Shown: piece after piece, positions 24,811-37,529 of the stretch
Numbering within the stretch: position 1 is the stretch's first letter
How the letters are laid out: the number at the start of each line of letters is the position of its first letter
NCBI GenBank assembly: GCA_965153455.1
Contig: OZ234493.1
Coordinates: forward strand, 12,142,213 to 12,206,212
Source of the DNA: Sphagnum compactum
Lineage: Eukaryota
DNA: 64,000 bases
Direction: 5' to 3'
The notes under the pieces: model-generated
What the model was told of the DNA's origin: nothing
What the model saw: only the letters and a program-made list of their open reading frames with translations
The model's database searches: none
Made by a program: the position numbers and the translations under genes

Positions 24811-27753
24811 AAGGCATCACAAACACGCTTGGCCCTGCCAATAGATAAGATGTTGTACATCTCCCTACTACTCTGTTCACACTCTGAACTTACTTACTTA
24901 CTTACAATTTAGCGTCATTAAGTGGGCCAAACAGCGCCCGGGCCAGAAACCCAATTGACGTTAAGTCTGATGAAGCAATTCAGATCGAACCGTCTGACAT
25001 TGCACTAAGAATCTAGCAAGGATGCCTTGCTGCTGACAGCTCAGCAATTCAGCCAAAGGTGTGATGGCAGTTAATGGCAATGAACCTCTAAACCTCTCTT
25101 GAACACTTTGATAAGCAGGGCAAACCAACAAGAAGTGGTCCCAAAAAAATCCGTTCCGATCTAAAGAGTCTAAACACTTTCACCAAAGAAAAGAAACTGG
25201 TCATCTACTGTGAAATTGGTTCTAATAAGGTAAAAACTTCCAAAAGTTGGATCCAATGCGATAGTCCCGGGCCCAACAAAAGCAGTGGAACTGGTAAAAC
25301 CAACTGATTTTGGAAGCTCTCGCTGGCGACGGACCCACCCACACTCCTCTCTCTCTCTCTCTCTCTTTCTCTTTCTCTCTCAAAAGACTCACACGACGAA
25401 GAGAGAGATTGCACGGTCGGCGCCGCACTTGTACCCACATATCCCAAGAACAAGAACCAGCCACATTGCATCATATCATTATTACCCTTTTGCAGCTGCA
25501 GCCACAAGAAAGAAGAAAGAAGAAGAAGAAGAAGAAGAAGAAGAAGAATAATCAACCAGATTGCATCATATCATCATCCTCACCCTTTTGTTGTTGTTGT
25601 TGTTGTTGTAGCAGCGTAGTAGAAGAAAACGAAGAAGAAGAAAACGAAGAAGAACCTCACTCATTACTCACTCACTCACTCGGCTTGCTTCTGCTGCTGC
25701 TGCTTTTGGTGTTTGTAGTAAACAGATCCGAAAACTATTTATTTATTTGTTGTTGTTGTGTTTGGTTGTGGTATTTTTTGTTTTGGTTTTTGGTTCTTGT
25801 TTTTGTCTAATCACATTGCATCGTATATTGTTTACCCTTTTGCAGTCCAAGAAGAAGAAGAAGAAGAAGAACCAACTAGGTTGCATCATATCATCATTAC
25901 CCTTTGCAGTAGCAGCAGCAGCAGAAGAAGAAAACCAACAAGAAGCTCACTCACTCTGCTGCTTTTGGTGTAGTAGACAGACAGACGAAAAGACTGTTTG
26001 TTGTTGTTGTTGTCGTCGTCTTTTGTTGTGATATATTTTTTTGTTTTTGATTCTTGTTGTTGTTGTGGTGGTGGTGGTGGTGGTGGTGGTACGGGAGGTT
26101 GTAGTGGTAGAACTAACTGGCTGAGGAAGAAGGGGCAAGGCAAGGTGTAGTGAAGAATAAGAACGAGAAGGGGGTGTTGGGTGGTGATGAAGCTTTGGGG
26201 AGGAAGGACTTGATCCGGTTTGGGGAAGGGAGGGAAGGACGGAGAGAGGGAGGACTTGTTAATCTCTACTTTTGAGTTTTGGGATTTTGTCAAGTTTCAA
26301 TCTGGGGCCGCAAACAAGGTACGTACTTTACTTTTGTGTTTTCTTCTTCTTGCGTCGATGGATGGGTGGACGTTTTTTTTTTTTTTCGTTCCGCTTGTAT
26401 GTGTGCAGCTGTGTGGAATCCAAGCTTTTGGTACCTAGTTGGTGATGAAGGGGAAGGTTTTTTTGTTTTTGGGTTTTGGGTCTATCTTTAGAGACATACT
26501 GGGTGTGTGCTTGCTTGGAGATGTGGAGAGGGACAATGGGTTTTGCAGATGGATGGATAGATGGATGGGTTGCAGATTTTTTTTGTGTTACGGCTCCTTT
26601 TGCACTTGCTGTTGTGCTTGAGAACCAGAAACAACAAGACCCAATACGAAATTCATGAAAGAGTTTGCTTCAAAGTGTTTTTGTCATCTTTGTTGCATCT
26701 ACTTTTTTTCCTGTGTCTGAAAATTGGAGTGTGGAGTGTGGAACTCTGAAGGAACTCTGAAAGAATTCTGAAAGGAACTCTTTTTTTTCCTTTTCCATCA
26801 TCTTTGGAGAGATTGTGGATCACTGCTTTGTGGATTGTACATGTGGAGAGCCTAATCAGCCCAGAAGCTCCTCATGTAAAGATGCATGCCAGGCACACTC
26901 TTGTATCGATTTCCCCCCACATGCTATGCATCCCTCTTGTGCCATCCTTGTCTCCAGTTTTATGCTTAGGTTGATTTGCTTGCTGGTCCTATCCAGCTTT
27001 GGAAGGTGCAGTGGCAGCCTAAAGGATCAAATTCCTCATCATTTGGTTGATGATCATTTGCAAAAGTTTTTTTTTTTTGGGGGGAGTTTTCTGGGTTTGT
27101 TTGGTTTGCTGGTGTGATCTAGTATCAAAGGTTTATGCTTCTTGGAGAAACAGAAAGAAAACAGGGTTGTTGATCCACCTTTCTGCAATGCGGAAAGTTG
27201 CAGCACTGTGTTTTCCCCATCAGGGTGGCTGCTTGGGTTGTCTTCCCCATCCATCTGAATGGGAGCTTTTTTGTTTTTTTGTGGTGTTTTTGTACGCCTG
27301 TTGTTGAGGACCAGGTGGTGGAGGCAGGTAAAGTGCTCAATTGTGATTCTGAGAGTTCATCACTCTGGCCGCCTCGATAGCACACGGTGCTCGCACCTGT
27401 AAGCAGGTGTGGGGGCGAGCTGGCGTCTGCCCAGTCGGTGAACAAAGGCTTCCAAAGGGGGGGAGGCACTCCCACATCTGGAGGGCGTGCCGCATGGTGC
27501 AAGGCTTGTCTGTAGATTACGGCTAATAAACATCCTACCATCAAGGAGATCACCACTCTTTCCCCAATAAAAAACCTTACCGATGTAGGCTGCTGTACTC
27601 TTTGGGTGTTGAGGCAGCTTTCGGAGCTGACAATTCCCCATCTTTTTTGCCTCATTGTTTCTTGTCTGTTCTAATAAGTTCAAAACAAGCACTTAGCTGG
27701 AGAGATTGTCGACTCCCTTGGTGGTCACTGACTCAGGCAATCAGATCTCAGTG

Positions 27754-30700
27754 ATGATGGAGAGAATCACATGTCTTCAATCCATTTTCAGCCGGAAGAA
27801 TAAGGTTAAGGTATGCTGTGTAGGACCGTGTTTTCTACCCATGTTTTCTTCTTTTTTTTGTGTTTTTGTTTAGATGGTCTAACTAACCCAGAGTTCTTTG
27901 CGTCTCAGGTTGCAGCTGCAGATAGAGTAGGAACTTTCAAGTTCGGGGTTGAAGAGTCTTCAGAGAAAACAACAACAAGGTTTGAGGAAAGTCATGCTTT
28001 TCATGAAGAGGAGGCATCACCACCGCCACCAACTCTTCAAATGGAGATGACAACAACCCATGATGATATGAGTGCTGTTCCTTGTGCACCCCTCCTGATT
28101 ACAGTACCGTCCATGGGTGACTGGGGAAAGGATGGTGGTACTGCGTGTTTTTGGTCAGATATAAATGAGGACTTGGAAGCTGCTGCTGCTGAAGCAAAGC
28201 AGAAGAGAAGCATAACATCTGTCATCATGTCAGAGTTTGATGATTTCAACTTCCCCACTGCTCTGATTGTGGAAGAGGAGGACAATGGGATGCTGGAAAC
28301 AACTTTTCCACATTGTGCAGTAGTGCATGTCAGTGATGCTGGTGTAGAAGCGGCATATGAAGGAGGAGATGAGCATGATGAAGAGTTAGCAGGTGGTGGA
28401 TGCATCATCTTGTTCTAGCAGCAGTAGTGGGTTTTGGGTTTTTGCTGGAAGACAAATCGAGTTGTTTTATGGTTTTTGGATGTGTCATGTTCCTGCCTGC
28501 CATTGACACATTCTGCTTCTTCGGCTTTGTATGTAGCAGGTGCGTTGGATGTAAAAGAAGAATGTGAAAGTGATCCAAGCTCCTCAGAAGGTGTCATTGA
28601 AGTTGTCACAGAAGATACTGCTCTGGGAGGTCATATTCTTGTCAATGCAAACAGTACGAGGTACTATGAAACTCATTCGAATGGTGATGCGGAAGGATTC
28701 AGTGGTGGCTGTGGTGACAACAGGCACTTTTCCGATGGAGATGAAATTTGTGTGGAGATTGGTAATGACTATGTTAGTGATCCGGGTGTCTACAACTGCA
28801 AAGATGATTTGGAGATGGCTTCCAGCCCCTATTTTGATCTGGGAAGTAAGTCAGGCCACCGATCTGAAGACCTTCCGGTTGTGGAGATGCAGAGTGAATG
28901 TCTTCTGAGTGATCTTGAGTGTGGGTCTCAACATGTTACCAGTACGATGACAGGGCACCAGGTGATGAGGGTATCTGGTGGCAGTGGTTCATCAGCAGCA
29001 GAGGTTGGTGGCATTAGGAATATGTCACCTGGTGTGGTGGTGGCAGCCCTTAAAGCTATTCACATTAGCACCTCCCGCTCTGAAAAAGCCCTACGGGATG
29101 CCAAGGATAGGATACTTGAAATGAGATTCTCTGAAGAAGAAGGAAAGCGACAACAACACAGACCATGGTGGAAGGTGTTTCTTTTCACTCATCGGAATAT
29201 TCACCGCAGGGTGCCACTGGGACTGCCACTATCAAATGGCTTTGGGGGTTATGGTTCAGAAGTGGACTATTTTAGTGACAATAGGCCCCATCCCATGTTT
29301 TTGCAAGAGCAGCCATTTCGAGATGAGACATTTGTTGGAGATGGGAAGGCTGTCGAGATGATGAACATGGAGGGGGAGTGTGTTGTCGACATGAGCACAA
29401 GTAATTTTGATGCTGTTGCTGCTCAACTGCCAGTTGCTACATCATCATCATCCTTGATGGCAATAGCAGCAGCTATGGACATAGCAGGGGACCGAAAGGT
29501 GTACATTCCCCAGAAAGCTGACCTTAGTCGTGTTGAGGAGTGGGTGAACAGCATTGACTTTGCTAGTCACTTACCTGTTGACAAAGATATAGAGAATGAT
29601 GATGGCCAGACATCCAGGGAGCCAAGTTCACCCACAGCACCTGCATTGACATTTTTCAGCACCAGAGCACAGTCTTCTTCTGGCCATCAAATGAATGTTG
29701 ATGGGGATGGATCCCTGATGGGTGGTGATGCCGAAATGGCAGCTTTGATTGCTCGATCTGTGAATCCGCTCTCCACAGTTGCATACTTTTCTGGAGTAGG
29801 GTTACACATCATTCCACCTCTTGCATTGTACAACAGTTTGAAGACCCTCAATCTCTCAGCAAACCACATCCGTAAGTTGTTTTAAGCAGATATCTTGAAA
29901 AGATTCTAGATATAGATGTCTTTGTAGTTGAAGGACATCTTGTCAAAGATCTCCTTCTTTCTTCTCTCTGTTTTCTTGGTTTTTTCTCATTTTTTTCTGG
30001 GGGTTTTCACCTCAATTGTTTCCACAGCAGTGCCTAAAATTACTGGAAGTATTGAGAAATTCTTGGTCCTTATGAAGATAGATTGTCGGTTCTGTTTGCA
30101 GTGCGTATAATGCCAGGATTGCTTCCACGGAGCCTGCACTCACTCGACCTATCACGCAACAAAATTGTCGTAATTGAAGGCTTGAGGGAACTTGCTCGCT
30201 TGCGTGTGCTTAACTTGTCACACAATCGCATCTCACGGATTGGGCATGGTTAGTGGTGTTATTTTTGACTGGATCATAAATTGATGTCTGACTCTGCACA
30301 GTTAATATTTATGACATTCTAAATACAGTTTTGCTGGTCTTGTCTGTTGCATTGTATGGGGGGGCCCACAAGGTAATGTCAGTTGTTAAAAAACTAACCC
30401 TAAAACCCTGGGCTGCTGTTTGTTGATTGCTGATGATGGGTGGTGGCCAGTTAGGCTGCTGATGATGACTACATAAGCAAAGTAATTGAATTCAGTTATG
30501 GTGTGACTCAGGTTTGGCGGGTTGCTCTTCTTTAAGGGAGCTCCACTTAGCTGGAAACAAGATTAGTGAGATCGAAGGGTTACATCGCCTCCTGAAGCTG
30601 AGTTTGCTGGATTTGAGCTTCAATAAGCTGACAACAACCAAGGCTATAAGCCAGCTGGCTGCTAACTACAATTCCCTCCAGGCGCTCAATTTGCTTGGAA

Positions 30701-31287
30701 ATCCATTGCACAGCAACCTTGGTGAGGAACCTCTTCGGAAGCTTGTGACTGGGTTGGCTCCAAACATTCTGTACCTGAACAAACAAGCCACGAAAGCAAT
30801 CTCTGCACGAGATGCAGCAGTTGACAGTGTGGCACGAGCAGCGTTGGGCACTCCCAGCCATCATCATCATACACCAAGAGGAAGCAAGGGCTCTAGAGGT
30901 GGATTGGGTGTGCTTCCTGTTGCATCCGCATCTTCCCAAGGAAAGTTCCGGAATGGAGAGAAGGGGGGCCATTCTTTGAACATGGTATTGGGAGGAGGCT
31001 ATCCTCGAACTGGCATGACTAAGGAGACAACCCACAAGCAGCAATATCACCAAAACCCCCACCACCACCACCACCACCACCACCGACAACGCCATTCTGG
31101 AACAAAGCCACTCCAGTCTCTTGGATCCTCCCAGTTGCACCCTCTGGCTGTTGTTGATTCGAGACATACCAATGGAGATGCCAAATGGACAGTTTTGGCG
31201 TCTCCTCAAAATGGCATGAATCGCATCAGGAGTGATGGGTCATTATATGAGCATGGTTTGAGGACTGTAGACAGTCCTTTTGCATGA
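27754..31287 (+). CDS. LRR protein, plant outer-arm dynein light chain 1-like / SDS22-like family; exons about 27754-27810, 27909-28392, 28540-29871, 30102-30248, 30512-31287
   Basis: N-terminus MMERITCLQSIFSRKNK; motifs WWKVFLFTHRNIH and SRVEEWV; LRRs LKTLNLSANHI, LHSLDLSRNKIVVIEGLRELARLRVLNLSHNRI, LRELHLAGNKISEIEGLHRLLKLSLLDLSFNKL, LQALNLLGNP. Canonical junctions. Confidence 0.85.
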
Positions 31288-31689
31288 AGACTCCTCAATA
31301 GACCGTGGAGGAGCACCTTTGCATTCTTTAAATTTTCAAGAGGGTTTGCAAGTATTGGTTTGGTTGTAGGGGTCTTGTCATATCTAGCTCTGGCTGGAGG
31401 GAGGCTTCTTATTGTGGCCTCTTGTTTCTGTTGTTTGGTCAATTGGGTTCTTTATATAATGTTGTTTTTTCCTCCGGAAACAGAGGTCATGAGGCGCTTC
31501 AGTCAGATTTTGATCAGAGCACAAGCTGTGAGTACAATATTGATACACAATTGTGAGGTTCTTACTGTTGCAAAATGACTTCTGCAAAATGTAACTTTTA
31601 CTGTTGTGATGGACCCTAACAAGCATGCATGCATGCATTGGAGTCTGCAGACAATTGGTGGCTTTGCTGCTCCTTTCAGCAAGTTCGAA

Positions 31690-31850
31690 GTGGGGGATCA
31701 ATTGAAAACTGCATCATCTTGATAGTCTCAAAATGTGGGATCAAATAAAATCTACATTCCTCAAAATGACTAAAGAATGTGGGTCTGAATGAAAACTGCA
31801 TCATTTCCATAGGCTCAAAATGTGGGAGCAAGTGAAAATTACATCATTCC
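31690..31850. repeat. Degenerate tandem repeat, about 4 copies of about 43 bp (AAAATGTGGG.TCAA.TGAAAACTGCATCAT)
   Basis: Direct reading. Confidence 0.65.
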
Positions 31851-32628
31851 AGTAATCTCTCCCTTACAGGCAGAACTAACAAACAAAGGACAAACTACCT
31901 ATCAATAGCAAGACATAATCGAAGACCTCTCTCTCTTATTAAAGAATGCATTATCTGAAACAAAGACTCAGGGAATTGATTCTTGAGCCAATCCTTGGAT
32001 GTTTCCACATCTTTACTCTTTCAGAAACAAACTAACAAAAATCAAGGCTCTAAAAAATATTCAATTACTCATGTAAAAGTGGACTCTTCATATCTTACAT
32101 GGAAGGCTAGTTTCAGTGCTTTTTGAAGGTGGTCAACATCTGGGCAGCTGGTTTGCACTTGGAGCTCAACTACATCCATCAAATTCTTGCCATCAATCTT
32201 TGATCTGACCTCTGCAACACAGGGGAAGTCTGGATCATAAGGATATGTCATGTAGTAGAAGAGAGCTTTGGTCACAATTGGCATGCATACACTGGTGCAG
32301 TTAAACCCACAAAGGCATACTGTGCAATCGAAAGCTTCACTGTTCCAAAGACTAAAAGAGCAAACGGAAATATTGCTGAGATGGCAATACCCCATGGAGC
32401 TGTAGCACCACCCAATGTACCTGCAGTGCTTCTAAGTTAATCTCCACAAGCAAAGCAAGTACCACACAAACACATCGAAGTCTTTCATCTTTAACAATGT
32501 GTGAACTTTTGGACCACAGAGTCATATGCATCTGGCATGGATGCCAGCAAGAGCTAAGGACTCTAATGTGAGGGAACTTGCCCTTTTCAATGCTAGAGTG
32601 TGACCATTTGATCCAGAGGTTGCTCTGG

Positions 32629-33620
32629 CATTCAACATCTGACAACCAGAATTTGGTGATCAGCATAGCTCTGGGTTTCCATAATAGCTTGCCATATGTC
32701 AGAAAGGAGAGGGTTGTTAGACCACAATTTTCAATAAATCCCCACATACAGCCTAACCCATGTGGCAGAGCAAACTGATACAGAGATTATACAACAATAT
32801 ACAGAGAATGACTCAACCAGTGAATACGGAACTGTGTACCAATAATGTAAAATAAAGGCTAAATGATAGTTAAGAATCCTGGGGTGGCATGGCATCCCCC
32901 CGACATCAGAATGCGGAATTTTTCTGGGCTTTTGCAGCAATGTGCACAACAACCACCTAACAGGAACCCATTCTGGATGGAATTAGGAACTGCCCATCAT
33001 TTCAGATGCAATTGGGAACTGTAAGCTCTTGCAATAAATGTCAGTGTAATATATTTGAGTTGTGTTTTTCTGGTCATGTTGAGAAGGACAGTATTGTGTC
33101 ATTATTGTGTTCCATGATACCATGGGTATCAATCATGTGCTTTGCCTCCCTCAAATCTGTATCTGATGAATTGCTGAGCACGGTTGTTATACAGAGAACT
33201 TGACAGCAATCATCTGGTTGGTGAATTACCTTCCAAGCTTGGCTGCCTTAAATCGACTTGTTTCAGTTCGAAGTGCAGCTTTCCTTGTCCACCATAAGCC
33301 CTGATCTTGGGAGTGTTTCATTTTCACTTCATTTCCAAATTGGTGGAAATTGCACATGGATCCCCATTCTGATGTTGGGGGATGCTGTGCCACCTGAGGA
33401 TTCTTGACTGCGATTAGGTCTTTGTTGTATGTTATTGGTGCAGAGTTCTGGATTCCCTGGTCAAGTCATTGTCTGTTTGCTCTGCAACATGGGTTAGGCT
33501 GTATGTGGGGATTTAGTGAGAATTGTGGCCTGACCCTCTCCTTGTTTACTGACATCTAGCAACTATACAGAAACCTGGAGCTATGTGAATGACCAAATTC
33601 TGTATGTGCGAGGTTGAATG
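32629..33620. repeat. Long imperfect inverted repeat; arms about 32629-32917 and 33361-33620, spacer about 440 bp
   Basis: Arms are reverse-complementary along their length. Perfect 29-bp core TAAATCCCCACATACAGCCTAACCCATGT at 32735-32763 pairs with 33487-33515. Confidence 0.9.
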
Positions 33621-33907
33621 AGATAGACAGAAACATGCACACATGCACACACACATACAATGGAAGAGAGAGCAATCAATGAAGCTTCAGATTTTGCTTT
33701 TCAAAGGGTCCAAGAAAAAGTTATATCAAAGTTCGCCATGTATTTACACAGACAGACATATCCGCACATGCCACACGTGTAAAAGGAAGCTTTTTTCTCA
33801 AGACTGTGATTTGCAGGAAGATGGCCAAGTATTCAAGAAGTAGATTGTTGAGGAGTGGGTCATGAAGGCTACTACCATGTTGGGACCAGACTGCAGGAGG
33901 GAGGAGA

Positions 33908-34626
33908 TTACTGATCAGGTGTTTGATTGGACCCAGGTGGCATCTCTGAACCCTCCTCCTCATATCCGATGAAAATGATTCCATACTCCTTGCTACGGCG
34001 CAGGGCTGCCAAGAGCTCCTCACTAGTGACGTCGGGAGGAGAATCTCTTTCATCTGTGGCTGCAGGTTTCCCAACTTCAAGGTACCATTGTTCAAACCCT
34101 GCAGGTGCGTAAGTGAGCACCATGCGTGCGGGTTTGTTGGATTTGTTTGCACAAGAGTGAGCAAGGAAACGTGGGAGATGGATGAAGGAGCCTTTCTTGG
34201 CGAGGAAATCCCGACCTCCTACTATCCAGACCAGCTCTCCTTCCAGCATGTACCAAGTCTCATCCTCCAATGTATGCACATGGCTAGGTAACCCTTGCCC
34301 TGGAAACATGACTTTCTCAAAGAGCGCATATGATCCTCCTGTCTCGTTACCCAATGCTTTCAATGTCACCAGCAAGCCGAGCGACCACAAGGTTATTCCT
34401 TCTCCTGTGCATCATCAAACCCCAGACCACAGCAAGTGAAGAAGATCATCAACAAAAAAGACTAGTGACAAAATGTATGAAATGTATGTATGCATACCCT
34501 CTCATGTACACAATGTTTGTTTCCTTTCCTTATTCTTTGAGCATGCAAGCAAACCTTCATTTCCATACCTAAAATTCTCCAACTACATGTCCGAAACCAT
34601 GGGTGTGAAATCATCATTACCACCAT
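33908..34626 (-). CDS. Single-domain cupin, bacterial quercetin 2,3-dioxygenase (QueD/QdoI)-like; main exon 34404-33908, upstream exon 34636-34569 (start codon uncertain)
   Basis: GEG..LWSLGLLVTLKA.G.ETGGSYALFE; cupin motif 1 PSHVHTLEDETWYMLEG; motif 2 GSFIHLPRFLAHS; PAGFEQWY.EVG.P; C-terminal ..KEYGIIF. Confidence 0.82.
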
Positions 34627-35340
34627 CCCACACTTTCTGCAAAACATTTTTGTTTTCTCAAGAGCCTTGCTTGCATTCTTTTTCCGAAAAAGCAACAAAG
34701 ACAAGAAGAAGGGTTTAAGCACAATTAAGACAACAAAAGCAAAACTGCTGAGCACTTTGCTGATGAGAAGGGTAGAGAGAGAGAGAGAGGGGAATTGAAG
34801 ACCTGATGCAATCATGCCAATCTTGGGAGATGTAAGAGCAGAGAATTGACTAGCACTAATGGATACCTGATCCATTTTTCTTCCCTATAATTTCTTCTTC
34901 CCCACCACCATCCCCTAATCTCTCAAATCCAATCCTTCCCCCTCCCCCCTCCCCCTTCACCGCACTTTTCTTTCCACAAAACAACCTTGGTCTCTTTCTT
35001 CCTCCTCACAACCTTAGTTCTCTTTCCTCTTGCAAAACCTTCCACCAAGGCTACTAAAGCTTCCAAAAACAACCCACCCACCAACCAAAGCTTTTTCTAA
35101 TAAACAAAGAAAGGAATTTCCTTCCAATCCTCCAAAACCAGAATTTTTTTTTTTCCCCCTTCTCTCACCCAAATCTTCTAAACCTAATTTTTCTCTACAA
35201 ATCTAACCAAAAAAAAGAACGCTCCACCCAAGATTCCAAATTCACACAAGACTATGCACATCTGATGCTGCTGCTGTAATTCAACCTGTTTTACAAGAAA
35301 ACTTGAAAAGCTTTTGCAAAAAGCTTCTTCTTTGGCCAAA

Positions 35341-35350
35341 TCTATTTATA
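35341..35350 (-). promoter_or_regulatory. Putative TATA box (TATAAATAGA) of the cupin gene
   Basis: Consensus TATAAATA on the minus strand about 470 bp above the first ATG-containing exon, followed by a purine-rich leader. Confidence 0.45.
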
Positions 35351-36424
35351 CAAGTTTGAACCCCGTGCCTAATGCACAGGTGTGTTATTTCAACAATGTT
35401 TGGTTCATGTTTTAGTTTTTTTCTAAAAACTTTTATCTTTTTTATTTTATATTTTTATGTGTTTTCTGTTTTTATTATTATTTTGTATAATAAAAATAAA
35501 GTGTTTCTTTTTCACTTTTGTATTTTTGTTTATTTGGCATGCAAGTTTGAAGTTTGGAGAAAGAAGACACACCTCATTCTTTTTCAAGTAGGGTTTTTCT
35601 TCATTATTATAAGTTTTATTTTTTCTTATTTTCTACTCTTTATTTGGTTTCTTCTTTTTTGTAATTTTTTTCTTTTAAAATGATTTTACTGTATTTCCCT
35701 TTCCTTGTTTCATTTGTTTCCATTCCTTTTTTATAGTTTTTGTGTTTTTACTTTTTTTTTGTTTATGTTTGTTTCATGTTTTAATTTTTTCTATTCTTAT
35801 TTTGTCTATCTTCATTTTTTAAAATTTTTATGCGTTTATTTATTTATTAGTTTCTATTTTCTTTTCCAAAACAATTCTAGTTTTTTTAATATGTTTCAAA
35901 ATAAAAATAATTAATAATGTTTTTAAAAAAATTTGTTTGATTAGATGTAGGTTTGAAGTTTGGAAAAAGAAGACAAACCTGATTTTTTTTTCAAGTATGG
36001 TTTGTTTTCTCTTTCTTTTGCTCTCTGTTTTGTTTCTTATTTTTTGTCATCTATTTTTGAATTTTCTCTTAAGATTATTTTACTGTATTTCCCTTTTTTG
36101 TTTCATGTTTAAGTGTTTACAAAAAGTTTCTAATTTTTAAAGTGTTTTTCTGTTTTTATTTTTTTTCTAGTTTTTTCCCTTTTAAAAAAAAATTATATTT
36201 GTTCTGTTTGGATGGATGACGGGACGGATGACGGGATGGATGACGGACGGATGGATGGATGGAAAGCTTCATTTCATCCCGACGTCCTTTACTATATAGA
36301 ATATTTGTTCTGTTTGGATGAATGACGGGACGGATGACAGGATGGATGACAGATGGACGGATGGAAAGCTTCATTTCATCCCGACAGAAAGCTTCATTTC
36401 ATCCTGACGTCCTTACTATATAGA
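35351..36424 (-). mobile_element. Non-autonomous Helitron-like element
   Basis: Minus-strand 5' end TCTATATAGTAA (duplicated at about 36300 and 36424). 3' subterminal hairpin CCTGTGC-ATTAG-GCACGGG followed by CTTG|T (CTRR-like, one mismatch). AT-rich body with an internal duplication at about 35540 and 35945. Confidence 0.6.
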
Positions 36425-37529
36425 ATGTAATGCTTGTCTTGATTGATTCCATTTTGAATTCATTGGATGAAATTAGGGTTCATGCTTGTGTCCGATCCAT
36501 TCCATTTTGGATACATTGGATGGAATTAGGGTTCACCTTCATTTTTGATACTCACCATTATTACCTCATACATGTTAAATTCATCTCATCAAAGAAAAAA
36601 AACCCCCCATCAAAACAAAAACAAAACAAAACAACCCATTGAAGAAACAAATAAAAACATATTGTCATGAATTATGAGCTCATTTGCTTTTTTTTTTTAA
36701 AGTGCAAATTAAAAACATGAATAAAAAATCAAAACACATTTGTCAAATTCCAAAAAAACATTTAAATACAACCAAAGCACTTTGTTGGGAGACTTGTTTT
36801 TAAAAATATCAAATATAAAAATTGGCGTTTTAAATCTATTTCATATTGTGTGGGTGATTTGAGTGACACCAAAATTAATTTTTTGAACATTTATTGAAAA
36901 CTTGCAAATGATAACATGATAATTGTTAATGTAAAAATTCAAATCCTTGGTTATTTAAATTTCATAATATTTTATTCATTTTGTTCAATTAATAAAAAAA
37001 TTAATTGATTTTTTCACTTATCATTGCTCGTATCTTTGTTTTTCTTATTGCCCACCATCCAATAAAAAAACTCCAATTTGTAATAAGTACACAAAAATAA
37101 TAATTATCCTAGACATTTAAAATTGATGAATGGTGAATGAAATTCATCCATATCACATATTATATCTGGATTATGTTAATGGTCATTGAATCGCCTTGGA
37201 GGAAGCCATCCATTAATATGCTCTAGAATTAATTTTTTTTTTTCATAATAATGCCCATCAGCCTTTTTTTTCTTTGTGGGAATTTTCATTTTTTCATGCT
37301 ACATTTGGGAAAAAAAATTGTAGCAAATTCAATGATTTTCTTTTTTTAAAAAACGATTGCCAAAATTTGTAAAAAAAAAAATCTGAAAAAAAATTCCCCA
37401 CACTTCTACTAGACATGGTTCAAGTAGGTAGCCAAAAATGTATATGGCTATTTAAATTTGTTTCTTTCATATTTTGTTAATCACCACATTTGGCTAAATT
37501 GACTTATGGATTGTCACCACTTTGACTAC

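Noticed and set aside
25205-26300. Several poly-L/K/E/C ORFs
   Set aside because: Products of trinucleotide microsatellites in a probable 5' leader.
30580-31209. 209-aa antisense ORF
   Set aside because: Shadow of the LRR gene's last exon with no independent motif.
35372-36140. Hydrophobic Phe-rich ORFs
   Set aside because: Artefacts of the T-rich Helitron-like body.
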